A stretch of 60,790 nucleotides of DNA from Octopus bimaculoides (taxonomy: Eukaryota). Both the position numbers and the translations under genes were made by a program. Of this stretch, positions 37,000-50,800 are shown piece by piece (positions within the stretch are counted from its first letter, which is position 1; each line of letters starts with the position of its first letter). Below the pieces are notes generated by a model, which saw only the letters and a list, made by a program, of their open reading frames with translations, was not told where the DNA came from and did not search any database. The stretch covers positions 30,276,817 to 30,337,606 of the forward strand of contig NC_068996.1 in the NCBI RefSeq assembly GCF_001194135.2, written 5' to 3'.

Positions 37000-37760
37000 T
37001 TCACCCCATGTCTTCCAGGTCTCCCTCATCCCCAAGTACCATCCACTTTGAGTGATTGACACTTCTTTATGCAACTCTCCTCATCCAGGCATATCACATG
37101 ACCAAACCAGCACAATACTCTCTTGCACATGAAATCTAATTCCTCTTATGCCTAACTTTTCTCTCAATACATTAACACTTTGTCATACATACCATTGACA
37201 TTGCACATCTAATGGAGCATACTAACTTTGTTCCTCTCTAGTCTTTGCCTGTCATCTACTTTCATGGCCCATGTAGCATTGCAGTTCATACACATGCATC
37301 ATACAATCTTCCTTTCAGTTAGAGAGAGAGACCTTTGGTTACCAACAGAGTTAAAATCTCTCTGAACTTCCTCCATCCTATTCTTATTCTAGCAAATTGC
37401 TCTTTTGGTACATACTCCTCCACAACTAATTAGGGACCTAGGTAACAGAAATTATCCACTGTCTCTACAGAACCTGCAGGACATTTGAGAAAATCAATTT
37501 CCTGTGTATTTGTAGATTGTCTCTTGTACATCTTCCTCATATAAACAATACTTTCTCTGTTAACCTTCCTATTATTTCACTGCACCTCTGTTATCATAGG
37601 AAATTGCAAAGTCTATGATCTTACACTGTCTATTTTGTCCTCTGTTATCATATTTGGTCTTCTTGCTTGGGAAAGTCCCATAAAATCCTGTCATTCTCAT
37701 TCTTTGTCACAACTTCTGGTTTGTGTTCATACCAATTTCCTGTTATTTCAAAGCCACACA
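37000..37760 (-). mobile_element. Degenerate RTE family 1 C-terminal fragment
   Basis: Reverse complement resembles 29100-29620 (ctggtttggtcatgtgat, aaagtgtcaatcactcaaagtgg). Confidence 0.6.
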
Positions 37761-38229
37761 CTAAAAAAAAGACTTGATAATAAATGAATAGCTTTTATGG
37801 CATTTATATACTGATGATCTAGTTATTGAAGTATTTGCCAAAGAACTGCAGAAAAAGTTTAAAATTTGGAAAATGTTTTTGAGATCATGGTGAAAACTAA
37901 AGAGCTTGGTGGTTAGTGAGTCTAAGTACTCCTACTCAAGTTGTAGTAAAGAAGTTAGCAGCTGTTCAGACTCACAAAAAGTAATGTGATCTCTGGTAAG
38001 ATACCCCAATGCACTCTTTTACCTACACAGTCATACCTGCATGTATACTCTTTTTGTGCTAGCTTACTGCACTCACTCAAGAGATAATTGATACTTTCAT
38101 CTCCTTTCCTGCAGATTCTATATTTACTGGCTGACTGAGTTTATTGATCTTTGCCTTTATTAAATTCATCTTAATGGCTTGTTTTTGAGCAGCTATAATT
38201 AGCACTTTGATCTCTTGTTTCAGGTTTCC

Positions 38230-38960
38230 ATCTATCAGCCACAGTGAGCATTACTTCCAACATTGTCAGTTTGTTGCATGAATTGGCCATGTAATTCCAC
38301 TTCTTTCCATCTGCTTACCCTGTTGTTCTTCCTTCTCTTCTTGAACTCTCCAACTGGTTCTTTAACTTGGGCATCTGTGACTGCCCATAGTATTCTTTCT
38401 TCATTCCACACAGCATGATTTTCAATCCTGATATCATGGTATTTATAGTGTTGTCTGCATTTAGTAATAATTTGCCTCGTTCCTTTCTTGGTAGTTAGTG
38501 CATTGCTATTACTTTTAGAATGGTATGCATTGTGAGCAGCTTTCAAGTTCTTCTATCCAAGTTCTGTAGCTCAACCTTTGTCCATTTCAGTAGGGAGCAG
38601 AATGTCTTAATACTTGTATAACCCATGTATTGCTATAATGATATTCCATCCATTTAATTTTGTTGTGAGTACATTCCTAGTTCTCCTCCATGTGTTCTTT
38701 AAAGATTTCTCTCCCTCATTTCTTTTCCCATTATCCTAAAATCTTGCAGCACCCCTAGTTATTTGTATCTCTCATTATTCCACTGCAATATAAAGATGTG
38801 GAAATTTGATGGCATCAGGTTTTATCTTCTGTCCTCTCTTCATAATTAGAACTGCACACTGATCTGTAGTGGAGTCACCAAAATGTAGTGTGTTTTTGTT
38901 GAGTGTCAGTGCAATAGGCATGTGTTTGCCTGAGAAATGACAAAGTGATAACTGGTTCAA
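38230..38960 (-). mobile_element. Degenerate R4/Dong-like fragment
   Basis: Contains WKEVELHGQFMQQT and remnants of YKYLG/KLNGWNII, homologous to 2800-3400. Confidence 0.65.
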
Positions 38961-39719
38961 TTATAACATTTTTATTAGCTGGAATTAATAAATAATAATT
39001 GCCACTACAATCAATTTGGACAACTTGCTTCGAGTTGCTAGACAAATGATGGAACCAGGATATGTTTGTGTGTGTGTTCTCTCATCTTGCTTGGCCGGCG
39101 AAAAATCACTGTCTCATCGTAGCAGAGGTCTCATAGCAGCAGTCTCCCTGTCTGTCTGTCCCTGTGTGTTGCTGACCACTCTATTTATAAGAATCGTGGC
39201 AGCTAGAAGGACATACATACTGCAGCAGAGTTTGTACCTAAATAGGTCAGATGCTGACCAGTTGAACTTCGCCTGACATTATAAGGTCGAAGGTTAAAGG
39301 GAGATGATCAATCACTTTTTGACAGGACAAAGAAAACCTGTTTTTCGCGCCTGTTGATTGTCGTGTTTTGGAACCGAGAATTCTTAGATTCGGTTTCGAA
39401 TCTAGGCTTGGAGAAGGAAGTGTTAATTTTTACACTACCCCACTTCTAGTGAGAAAGCCACAGAGATCGAACGATATTAGAAATGTTATCTTTTTGTGTA
39501 TGCAGAAAAAATTTTACAAGTTGCAACAGACAAATGAATGTCAAAAACATGGGATACAAAAAATATGAAGCAAAGATTCACTGTTGGTGTGTGCTATATG
39601 GTGGGCAATGCATATGTGTGCCCAGGCAGAAGCATGTTGGCGCGTTGAAAGAGACGTGCCTCTATTTCACCTTTCACCATTATATACAAACAAACGCGAG
39701 CGTAGTAGAAAACATCTCT

Positions 39720-40500
39720 TTCCCTGTCATCACCTGACTGACTATTATTTAGGCGGCAATTGTCTCCACACCGTTCGAGCCAGGACGCAAATCGACCAAC
39801 CGTAGCCCCTAATAAGGTCACATGAGAGTGTTCTTCTGATGCTTCTCTGGAGCCCCTATTTTACTATAAATAGCCTAAATTATACCCGCCAATTCGTCGT
39901 GGCTCAGATCTCCTAGATCTGGCTGCTGACCACACACGCGTAACACAGCACCAACCAACCAGCCAGTTTCCAGCGACGACATTGACACCATCGTCCAACT
40001 ACGACTACCAGCATCGCCGCCAGCGTCGACATGACTCTACACGTACACAAGCTACCAACAGCTAACCAAACAACTACCGCAGCACTTCTCGACCCTGTTT
40101 GTGTGATTTGCTCACCACGAAACCAACAGCCAGAATTCAGTCTGCGAAGAACATCTGTATTCAAGAACCCGGCGCGGCATCGAAGCCCCAACATCACGAC
40201 GAGTGACCGCTCTGCCTTAACGCCTTAACTTTTTATGTACAGACACTAACCACTGTGTACTCTAACTAAGAACTGGTATATTTCCTTATCCGTGTTACTG
40301 ACTATTCAATACTATGTATCTCTCGCATTTACATACATGTATTACTTGCACACACTCTTGTTTACATGACGGCCAGTTTTATATTGTGTTTTATTATGTC
40401 GCATTCACACACAGACAGACATACAGTTTAATGCTCCAATAAATCTTACTGTTATTCATCTTTATCGGTTGAGTCCTATCTTGTCCTTCCTGGCATTTCT
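39720..40500 (+). mobile_element. Possible solo LTR or similar CpG-rich TE segment
   Basis: CpG-rich island in AT-rich DNA, with TATAAATA at 39865-72 and AATAAA at 40438-43. No TSD could be fixed. Confidence 0.3.
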
Positions 40501-40861
40501 TAGTTCTCTATGTTATATTATTATAACATAATATATATCATTTTATATTTTTGTGTTCGACCGTGTGACGCATATAAAAAAGGAGCCTGTTTTTCCATTC
40601 GTCACCATTTCTCCTTTTGGTTCGCACGGTCGTTCTTACAGATCTACCCCAAACTGTATTCCAATGTTCTTGCTGAATATGCTTCCTGTTTGGGTCAGAG
40701 ACTCCAATTCTTTCTCAGTTTTTGTAATACAGCTTGGTCATCCATATAAAGCAGGTTCTTCATTTTCACCTTGGTTTTGGTAAATTCATAAGCAGGCCTG
40801 GATTTTCTCAGTATATTTATCAGAGCGATTAAGACAATGACAAAGAGTATTATTTCTATTT

Positions 40862-41090
40862 AAAAGGTGCAAACTGGCAGAACTGTTAACACACCAAGCA
40901 AAATGCTTAGCATCTTGTCCATCTTTATGCTCTGAGCTCAAATTCTGCCAAGTTTGTCTTTGCTTTTCATCCCTTCGGGGTCAATTAAATAAGTACCAGT
41001 TGAACACTGGTGTTGATGTAATCAATTTTTCCCCTTCTCAAAATTGCTGACCTTGTGCCAAAATTTGAAATCATTATTATAACTAGCAAA
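40862..41090 (+). mobile_element. Meta-like tRNA-derived SINE (family of 5647-5871)
   Basis: Contains aaggtgcaaactggcagaactgttaac...gcttttcatcccttcggggtcaattaaataagtacc. Confidence 0.8.
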
Positions 41091-41092
41091 TG

Positions 41093-41880
41093 CACCCATC
41101 CTTTGGACAGTGTAATTTATTATAATGGTGCACTCCTGTGGATGGTTTAAGTTGAATTAGCCCACAGTTAGAAGTCATTTCAAGTTGATAAGCGTAAAAT
41201 GTATAATTACCATTTGCCATAGCAGTTTTCGATGTAGTAGTAAGTCATTTCAAGTTGATAAGCGTAAAATGTATAATTACCATTTGCCATAGCAGTTTTC
41301 GATGTAGTAGTAAACAACTTAGGTAATGAATAAATTTTTTTTGAACACAAGTTTGGTAGTTAGTAATAAATGAAAGTCCATGAAATGAGATCACAATTGC
41401 AGTAGGCTTTTTTCTTCAGGAGCATAGATGAATAAGTTGTCTAGATGGCCAACTCTGGAACAACTGACACAGAACTGTCTGTGTGAAAAGGATGATGTTC
41501 AAAGGACCACTCCAACAACTTTCAGGGACTGGTCTTGTGCTTTGTTAATTGTCCTGGTGAAGTTGAGTTTGTGAGGGAACTGAAGTCTCTCCATAGGGTG
41601 GGGGCAGTCTGTTGAGGTTAGCAGAATTTTTGGAATGAAAATGGTATCGTTTTTGCCTTGTCCCATGATAATTCGGGCTTCAATGACATGGTCTGTCATT
41701 TGTTTGACCGCAAGGCAAGTTCCATTGCATAGTGTAGGTGCATTTAGATTGCATAGGAGGATGACAGGGCAACCAACATTTAAGTGAAGTTCATGGGGAG
41801 GGAGTCCTGAAGGATCTTGGGAGTTGAGAAATTCTGTTAGAAAGTGTGTAACCTGATCGAGGTCAGTAATGGTGTCAACT
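41093..41880 (-). mobile_element. Helitron remnant: PIF1-like helicase C-terminus and CTAG 3' end
   Basis: Encodes LNVGCPVILLCNLNAPTLCNGT...VIEARI...FIPKI...RLQFP...TINKAQDQSLKVVG...SCSRVG. The minus strand ends with a small hairpin, then CTAG|T at 41093. Confidence 0.8.
41172..41313. repeat. Perfect 70-bp tandem duplication
   Basis: aagtcatttcaagttgataagcg...gatgtagtagt at 41172 and 41242. Confidence 0.95.
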
Positions 41881-42843
41881 GATCTGTAAAAACATTCTTG
41901 AGAAGGTAGCTGACCAAAACAGTATATATGGGATAATATCCCTTACAGAGCAGAAAAATCTGTCAGCAACTAGCCTATCTAAATTGCATAAGAATTTGTT
42001 AGTAAAGCAGTTTAGCTTAATGGGAGAGCACTTCACTAGAAAGCAAAGGGATGTGAGTTCGATTCTCATGGCTGGTTGCAAGGGATATTATCCCATATAT
42101 ACTGTTATGTCAGTATTTATACATTGCAAAAATATATCTTTATATATATATATATATATAAACAATATATGAGTATATGCATATATATATGTACATGTAT
42201 GTACATACTTTCATCTACATGTACACATAGATACATAACTGGGTACATGACGTGGCAAAAGAACATGGACAAAATGATAAACAAGGTACAACAAACAAGC
42301 AGGCCACATAGAAACATTTCCTTCATCAGCTGCCACCATTAAAACACTGGCGTTTCGAAGAATTAAGGCAATACACATCGTTAAAATGGTTCTTCCCACG
42401 AACACAAATAAAATTTTTTTCGTGGAGGGTAGTGGCGGACAGAAAACGAAACGGTGGAATAAACAAACAAAAAGGCTGTACAGCCAGACGTGAAGTGTGT
42501 ATGTATTGAACGCTGTGAGGCACGAACAGGAGGGGCTAAGAAGTACGTGCAAGCTTGGGGAGTCCAAGAACGAAAAAAATAGCAGCCAGACACACGTGAC
42601 CAGCGAGGAGTAGGGAGAAAGAGTAGCAGAGGGAGAAGAAGGGGAGGAAGTAGAATATAAGAAGTGAGCAATGAGAGGTAGAGAGGGAGAGAGATAGTAG
42701 TAGTAACGGTGAGAGGCGAAGGATGAGCAACAAGAGAGAGAGATAATAGTGACAGGGAGAGGCGAAGAACAGTAGAGGGAAGAATGAGAGGGGGAGATAG
42801 ATATAGAGAGAGTCGCGTTAGAAAAATAGTTAAAACTTACTGT

Positions 42844-45800
42844 ATGATGGCTGTCCACTCGTGACTGAGGAAGACCATTGCCGACCTTCAGGAACATTGT
42901 GCGCTTTAGGACTAACTTATATTTTGCATTTACAGCTCCATTGGTGACAAGCATACACGACTGCAAACATTGCAGACCAAGCTTTCCCCATCCACTATAC
43001 GAGCCATGCGCTTTCGTGCAGCTCGCTTAAGTTCTTCATGCTGGATACATGCTCTCTCAAAAGTATCAATCCCCTCCTTAACCTGCTTCTTCCATCTGTG
43101 GCGATGACAGGCATTGTTCTCCCAGTCAGTGTCCTGCATATCACAGGCCTTTAATGAGGACTTGACTCAGTCCTTAAAGTGCAGCCTTGGTTTCTGCCGG
43201 AGTGTCCTTCCATTCACAAGTTCTCCATAGAGCATCTGCTTAGGAATCCTACTATCCTTCATTCTAATAAGGTGTCCAGTCCAATGTAACCGGTGCTTGT
43301 GCACCATCGCCTCAATACTCAAAATATCAGCTGTCCTCAAGACCTGTGTGTCTGGAATTTTTGGGGTCCAGCCAACATTGAGAATGTGCCGGAGACATCT
43401 CTGATAAAAGCATTCAAGGAGCCTTACCTGACGTTTGTACAGAGTCCATGTCTCATATGAGTAGAGGAGCGATGTTAGTACACATGCACGGTACACAGCA
43501 ATTTTTGTTTGCCTTGCGATGCCATGCTGGGACCAGACACGAGACTGAATAGACCGGAAGGAATTAGTTGCTCTCTGCAACCTGAAACATATTTCCTCAT
43601 CCAGGGAGCAAGAATGGCTGAATGTGCTGCCCAGGTAGACAAACTTGTCTACTACCTTCAGAATTGTTCCTTCAACCAAGATAGCTGATTTCACATACGG
43701 ATTTCTTGATGCAGGCAGGAACATTACAACAGTCTTGTCCAGGCTAATGCCAAGTCCAAATGCCTTGCAAGACACAGAAATGCAATTCATGAGTACTTGC
43801 ATGTCATCCACTGTATGAGTGACTAAGTCACAGTCATCTGCATAAAGGAGTTCACGAATAATAGACTGGAGAACCTTTAAATTGGCAGCAAAACGGCGAA
43901 GATTAAAGAGACAACCAGAAGATCGATATCTGACATATATTCCCAGAGAGCTAACCTTAGCAAAAGTATGAGTAAAAACAGCAGCAAAGTACAAAGAAAA
44001 GAGAGTTGGGGCAAGGATGTCACCCTGCTTGACACCATTCTCTACAGGAATGGGTCCCGCCATGCCACCACCAACATTGACCCAAGCCTCCATCGCATCA
44101 AGAAATGATTTAATTATAGATACAAAGTGATCCGGACATCCAAGTTTGCCAAGTATTTTCCATAGTAAGGCCCTATAAATCAATGAATACCTGGACAAGA
44201 TCCATATTCTGCTCATAGCACTTCTCCTNNNNNNNNNNNNNNNNNNNNNNNNNNNNNNNNNNNNNNNNNNNNNNNNNNNNNNNNNNNNNNNNNNNNNNNN
44301 NNNNNNNNNNNNNNNNNNNNNNNNNNNNNNNNNNNNNNNNNNNNNNNNNNNNNNNNNNNNNNNNNNNNNNNNNNNNNNNNNNNNNNNNNNNNNNNNNNNN
44401 NNNNNNNNNNNNNNNNNNNNNNNNNNNNNNNNNNNNNNNNNNNNNNNNNNNNNNNNNNNNNNNNNNNNNNNNNNNNNNNNNNNNNNNNNNNNNNNNNNNN
44501 NNNNNNNNNNNNNNNNNNNNNNNNNNNNNNNNNNNNNNNNNNNNNNNNNNNNGCTCCTTTTCCTTTATATAGAGGAAGAATAATTGCATCCTTCTAGTCC
44601 TTAGGCATTGCACCATCCCTCCAGACTGCACTAATGAGTTCATGAAGGGACTGTGTGATGTAATTACCACCAAATCGCAAGACCTCAGCACAAATTCCAT
44701 CCTTTCCAGGTGCCCTACCAAGATTCACTTTACTTATTGATGTCATCACTTCATCTGTTGAGGGCGAAGAGTCTAAGGAGCCAATGATAAGTCTTTGTTG
44801 CATAGTAATAATCATTGTTTCACCCACAACTGACTCATGGTTTAGGAGTTCAGAGAAGTGTTTGATCCAGCAACCTGTGATTTCTGTTGATTTAGTAAAC
44901 CGGGTGGAAGACTCCTTGGAAAGCAAAGGGGCTGATGTGGAGCACTTAGGTCCTTAACCTCGCTTCATAAAATGGTAGCCTGAACATCACGAGCAAGATC
45001 CTCCCACCAAGTGTTCTGCATCTTCCTGACAGATCGTTGCAGTAGTGATTTTACACTGTTATAGTGGGCAAGTGCTAGACTTCACTGCTCAGTAGACAGT
45101 TCTCTGTGAGCATGGCGCTTTACCACCAATAGTCACTGAACTTCAGCATCATTTTCGTCAAACCAGTCTCTGTGTTTGGCAGTAACATATCCCAGGGTTT
45201 CGGCTGCACATTGTAGAACGTGGTCTTGAAAATCCTCCCATGCTGCAGCAGTTTCAATGCTGGACAAGCGAGTCTGAAGTTCTTTCCTAACCACATCATA
45301 TACCTTGTGGACATTTAGACGGCGAGGAATGCAGACTGGTCCTCTTCTCTCTTTCATTCTAATTAGCATTCAGAACTTTGCTCGCACCAGACTGTTGTCT
45401 GTCCAGCATTCTGATCCATGGAAGGACTTGACATTACAAATGTCATAAATGTTGCGCCTGCGGATGATGACATAATCCAGCAAGTGCCAAACTTTGGACC
45501 TTGGGTGCATCCATGTTGTTGTGTGATCACCTTTGTGTATAAAATGAGTGCTTGCGATGTAAAGTCCATGTTCTTCGCAAAGCTCCAGTAGCATGAGACC
45601 ATTGCTATTCATTTTCCCTACTCCAAAACTTTCTAGAGAGTTCCATGTTTGCCAGTCTGTTCCAACTCTGGCATTAAAATCCCCCCAGTAGAATGACTTT
45701 ATCAGAATTGGGGATTTTTCTAAGTATGGCTCTCAGCTGGGTATAAAAGATTGTTTTATCTTCATCACAGCTAGTCAAAGTAGGTGCATAGGCACTTATT

Positions 45801-46638
45801 AGAGTAGCAAACCGCTTACCTTTCAAGTGCAACCGTAGCGTCATTATACGTTCATTTATAGGAACAGGGAGCTCTTCCAACTTCTTAAGGCAATCAGATC
45901 GGACTGCAAAACCAACACCAGCCACTCTGCACTCCTCCTTCTGCCTTCCTTTCCAAAAAAAGGTGTATCCACCTCCTACTTCCTCAAGCTGACCATCACC
46001 TTCTATATGAGTCTCTGAGAGTGCAGCTATATCAATTTTATAACGGTTCAGTTCAGGAACAACAAGTGCAGTGTGTCTTTCAGGCCTACAATCACTCTCG
46101 TTGTCCAACAGAGTGCGCACATTCCAACATGAAATGTTTAAATTCCGTCCAGATTTTATAAATAAAAGACTCTTTGTTTTTCAAGCGCAGGATGGACATC
46201 CGTCAGTCTCGCTAAATTGACCAGATATGGAAAGACAGGCAATTTTGGTTCACCTTTTCTAGAACCTCCCTGGTCTCTGGGTGAGCAGTGCCCTCTCCAA
46301 ATGGAGCTGCCCAGACACCCATGCAGCAACCGAATCCTACCGCTATCTTGGGCGACAAGGAGACGACTTTATATCTAGCATGGGCCACCTACATGCAGGT
46401 CGCTGACTACATGCTTCTAACACGTCAGGTCTGCATGCTTCACCACCTTCCCATCGTCGCAGGACTTCTGAATAAAAAAAAATTAAAATATATACTAAAA
46501 GTGACGATAAATATATACTAAAAATAAGATAAATATATATAGGAAAAAAAAAAGCAGAGGTCGGCAATGCCTGTGCAGAGTGTTAGGTCCAATAAGGCTT
46601 GCACAACACCTCACAGACCCTCTCCACTTTATTGACAT
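42844..46638 (-). mobile_element. Full-length-sized RTE-BovB-like LINE, copy 1 (frameshifted)
   Basis: APE ORF 45674-46120 (CWNVRTL region, IAALSET, SAYAPT). RT ORF 43167-44216 (GVKQGDILAPTLF, LLYADD, FVYLGS). About 3.8 kb. Confidence 0.93.
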
Positions 46639-46949
46639 TATCCAGAGACAAGCTGGAGCAAGATGTCTGGTGCCAATATGAGTCGCAGGCTCAGAGATGT
46701 GGGAGCGCCGTGATCTCTAGCACAAACCAAAGATCCCCAAAATGTCCAATGCCATTCCCTGCATATTTGGTTTTATATCAGAGTGACCTTCTCCTAGAGA
46801 CATGCTTCAACAAAAGCTGAGGGGCGCCTCACTCCCAGTGGTCTTTCAGCACGCCGGACACCATCCCAGAATTTCTGCGTACCTGTGCTATTGCTAGATA
46901 GCCGTTGAGCCTGCACTGGGTCCATCCGAGCTTTCAAATATATATATAT

Positions 46950-47050
46950 ATGAGCCTGGTGTAGCCATCTGGTTTCACCAGTCCTCAGTCAAATCGTCCA
47001 ACCCATGCTAGCATGGAAAGCGGACGTTAAACGATGATGATGATGATGAT
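46950..47050 (+). mobile_element. RTE family 1 3' terminus
   Basis: gagcctggtgtagcc...ccatgctagcatggaaagcggacgttaaacgatgatg. Confidence 0.9.
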
Positions 47051-47844
47051 ATATATATATATATATATATATANNNNNNNNNNNNNNNNNNNNNNNNNNN
47101 NNNNNNNNNNNNNNNNNNNNNNNNNNNNNNNNNNNNNNNNNNNNNNNNNNNNNNNNNNNNNNNNNNNNNNNNNNNNNNNNNNNNNNNNNNNNNNNNNNNN
47201 NNNNNNNNNNNNNNNNNNNNNNNNNNNNNNNNNNNNNNNNNNNNNNNNNNNNNNNNNNNNNNNNNNNNNNNNNNNNNNNNNNNNNNNNNNNNNNNNNNNN
47301 NNNNNNNNNNNNNNNNNNNNNNNNNNNNNNNNNNNNNNNNNNNNNNNNNNNNNNNNNNNNNNNNNNNNNNNNNNNNNNNNNNNNNNNNNNNNNNNNNNNN
47401 NNNNNNNNNNNNNNNNNNNNNNNNNNNNNNNNNNNNNNNNNNNNNNNNNNNNNNNNNNNNNNNNNNNNNNNNNNNNNNNNNNNNNNNNNNNNNNNNNNNN
47501 NNNNNNNNNNNNNNNNNNNNNNNNNNNNNNNNNNNNNNNNNNNNNNNNNNNNNNNNNNNNNNNNNNNNNNNNNNNNNNNNNNNNNNNNNNNNNNNNNNNN
47601 NNNNNNNNNNNNNNNNNNNNNNNNNNNNNNNNNNNNNNNNNNNNNNNNNNNNNNNNNNNNNNNNNNNNNNNNNNNNNNNNNNNNNNNNNNNNNNNNNNNN
47701 NNNNNNNNNNNNNNNNNNNNNNNNNNNNNNNNNNNNNNNNNNNNNNNNNNNNNNNNNNNNNNNNNNNNNNNNNNNNNNNNNNNNNNNNNNNNNNNNNNNN
47801 NNNNNNNNNNNNNNNNNNNNNNNNNNNNNNNNNNNNNNNNNNNN

Positions 47845-47886
<42 letters not shown>

Positions 47887-47897
47887 CACACACATAT

Positions 47898-50800
47898 ATG
47901 ATGGCCGTCCACTCGTGACCAAGGAAGACTATTGCTGACCTTTAGGAACATTGTGCGCTCTAGGACTAGCTTATATTTTGCATTTGCGGCTCTGTTGGTG
48001 GCTAATGCACCCTGCTCTTGACAAGCATAAATGACTGCAAACATTGCAAATGATGCTTCCCCATTCATTACACCAGCAGTGGGCTTTTGAGCAGCATACT
48101 TAAATGTTGACCCTCTCCTTAACCTGTTTCCTCCGTCTGTGGCAATGACAGGCATTGTTCTCCCAGTCAGTGTCCTGCATATCACAGGCCTTTAATGAGA
48201 ACTTGACACAGTCCTTAAATTGCAGCCTTGGTTTCTGCTGGGGTTTCATTCCATTCAGAAGTTCCCCATATAGCATCTGCTTAGGGATCCTGCTTTCCTT
48301 CATTCTAATAAGGTGTCCTGTCCAACATAATACTCAAGATAACAGCTGTCCTCAGGACCTGTGTATCTGTTCAGAATGTGTCGGAGACATCTCTGACGAA
48401 AGCATTCAAGGACCCTTACATGACATTTGTAAAGGGTCCATGTCTTAGATGTGTAAAGGAGTGATGTCAGTACACATGCACGGTACACAGCAACTTTTGT
48501 TTGCCTTGCGATGCCATGCTAGGACCAGACACGCGACTGAAGAGACCGAAAGAAATTAGTTGCTCGCTGCAACCTGAAAGATATTTCCTCATCCAGGAAG
48601 CAAGAATGGCTGAGTGTGCTGCCCAGGTAGACAAACTTGTCTACTACCTTCAGAATCGTTCCTTCAACCAAGATAGCTGGTTTCACATATGAATTTCCTG
48701 GTGCAGGCTGGAATGAGAGTCTTGTCCATGCTAATACTGAGTACAAATGCCTTGCAAGAAGCAGAAATACGATTCATAAGTATTTGCATGTCATCCACTG
48801 TATGAATGACTAAGTCACAGTTATCTGCATAGAGGAGTCACGAATAAGAGTCTGGAAAACTTTTGAATTGGCAGCAAATCGGTGCAGATTAAAGACACAG
48901 AGAGCTAACCTTAGCAAAAGCTTGAGTAAAAGCAGCAGCAAAGTACAAAGAAAAGAGAGTTGGGGCAAGGATGTCACCCTGCTTGACACCATTCTCTACA
49001 GGAATGGGTCCCACCATGCCACCATCAACATTAACCCAAGCCTCCATCCCATCAAGAAATGATTTAATTATAGATACAAAGTGATCCGGACATCCAAGTT
49101 TGCCAAGTATTTTCCATAGTAAGGCCCTATACACAGTATCAAATGCCTTCATTAAATCAATGAATACTTGGACAATATCCATATTCTGCTCATAGCACTT
49201 CTCCTGCATCTGTCTTGCTGTGAAAATCATNNNNNNNNNNNNNNNNNNNNNNNNNNNNNNNNNNNNNNNNNNNNNNNNNNNNNNNNNNNNNNNNNNNNNN
49301 NNNNNNNNNNNNNNNNNNNNNNNNNNNNNNNNNNNNNNNNNNNNNNNNNNNNNNNNNNNNNNNNNNNNNNNNNNNNNNNNNNNNNNNNNNNNNNNNNNNN
49401 NNNNNNNNNNNNNNNNNNTTTTCCTTTATATAGAGGAAGAATAATTGCATCCTTCTAGTCCTTAGGCATTGCACCATCCCTCCAGACTGCACTAATGAGT
49501 TCATGAAGGGACTGTGTGATGTAATTACCACCAAATCGCAAGACCTCAGCACAAATTCCATCCTTTCCAGGTGCCCTACCAAGATTCACTTTACTTATTG
49601 ATGTCATCACTTCATCTGTTGAGGGCGAAGAGTCTAAGGAGCCAATGATAAGTCTTTGTTGCATAGTAATAATCATTGTTTCACCCACAACTGACTCATG
49701 GTTTAGGAGTTCAGAGAAGTGTTTGATCCAGTGACCTGTGAGTTCTGTTGATTTTGTAAATAGAGTGGAAGACTCCTTGGAAAGCAAAGGAGCTGATGTG
49801 GAGCTCTTAGGCCCATAAGCTCGCTTCATAAGCTTCTTGCAGTATTTGCATCAGCAGCAGCCTGAACATCACGAGCAAGATCTTCCTGAGAGATCACTGC
49901 AGTAGGGCAAGTGCTAGATTTCACTACACAGCTGAAAGTCCTCTGTGCAGCAATACATTGTGGGCATGGCGCTTTACAGCCATTAGATGCTGAACTTCAG
50001 CATCATTTTCATCAAACCAGTCTCTGTGTCTGGCAGTAGTATATCCCGGTGTTTTAGTAGCACATTGAAGAACCTGGTCTGAAAATTATTCCCATGTTGC
50101 ACTATTTTCAATGCTGAACATACGTGTCTGAAGCTCTTTCCTCAACACAGCATTATATATCTTGTGGACATTCAGATGCTGAGGAATACCGACTGGCCTT
50201 CTCTCTTTTACTCTAATCATCATCCGGAACTTTGCTTGCACCAGACTGTGGTCTGTCCAGCATTCTGATTCATGAAAGAACTTGACATTACAAATGTCAT
50301 AAATGTCGCGCTTGTGGATGATGACATAATCCAGCAAGTGCCAAACTTTAGACCTTGAATGCATCCATGTTGTTGTGTGATCACCTTTGTGCATAAAATG
50401 AGTGCTTGCGATGTAAAGTCCATGTTCTTCGCAAAGCTCCAGTAGCACGAGACCATTGCTGTTCAATTTCCCCACACTAAAACGTCCTAGTGAGTTCCAT
50501 GTTTGCCAGTCTGTTCCAACCCTGACAGTGAAATCCCCCAGCAGAATGACTTTAAAAGAATTCAGGATTTTCCTAAGTATGGCTCTCAGCTGGGTATAAA
50601 AAATAGTTTTATCTTCATCACAACTAGTCAAAGTAGGTGCAGAGGCACTTATTAAAGTAGCAAACCACCCACCTTTCAGGTGCAATTGTAGAGTCACTAG
50701 ACGTTCATTTATAGGAACAGGAAGCTCCTCCAACGTCTTAAGGATATCAGATCAAGCTGCAAAGCCAACACCAGCCTCTCTGCGTTCCCCCTCTGCCTCC

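Noticed and set aside
42300-42365. Minus-strand GAAAC...CTGATGA as a type II hammerhead
   Set aside because: The 24 nt between the motifs cannot form both stem III with UH and stem I, and stem II pairing is poor.
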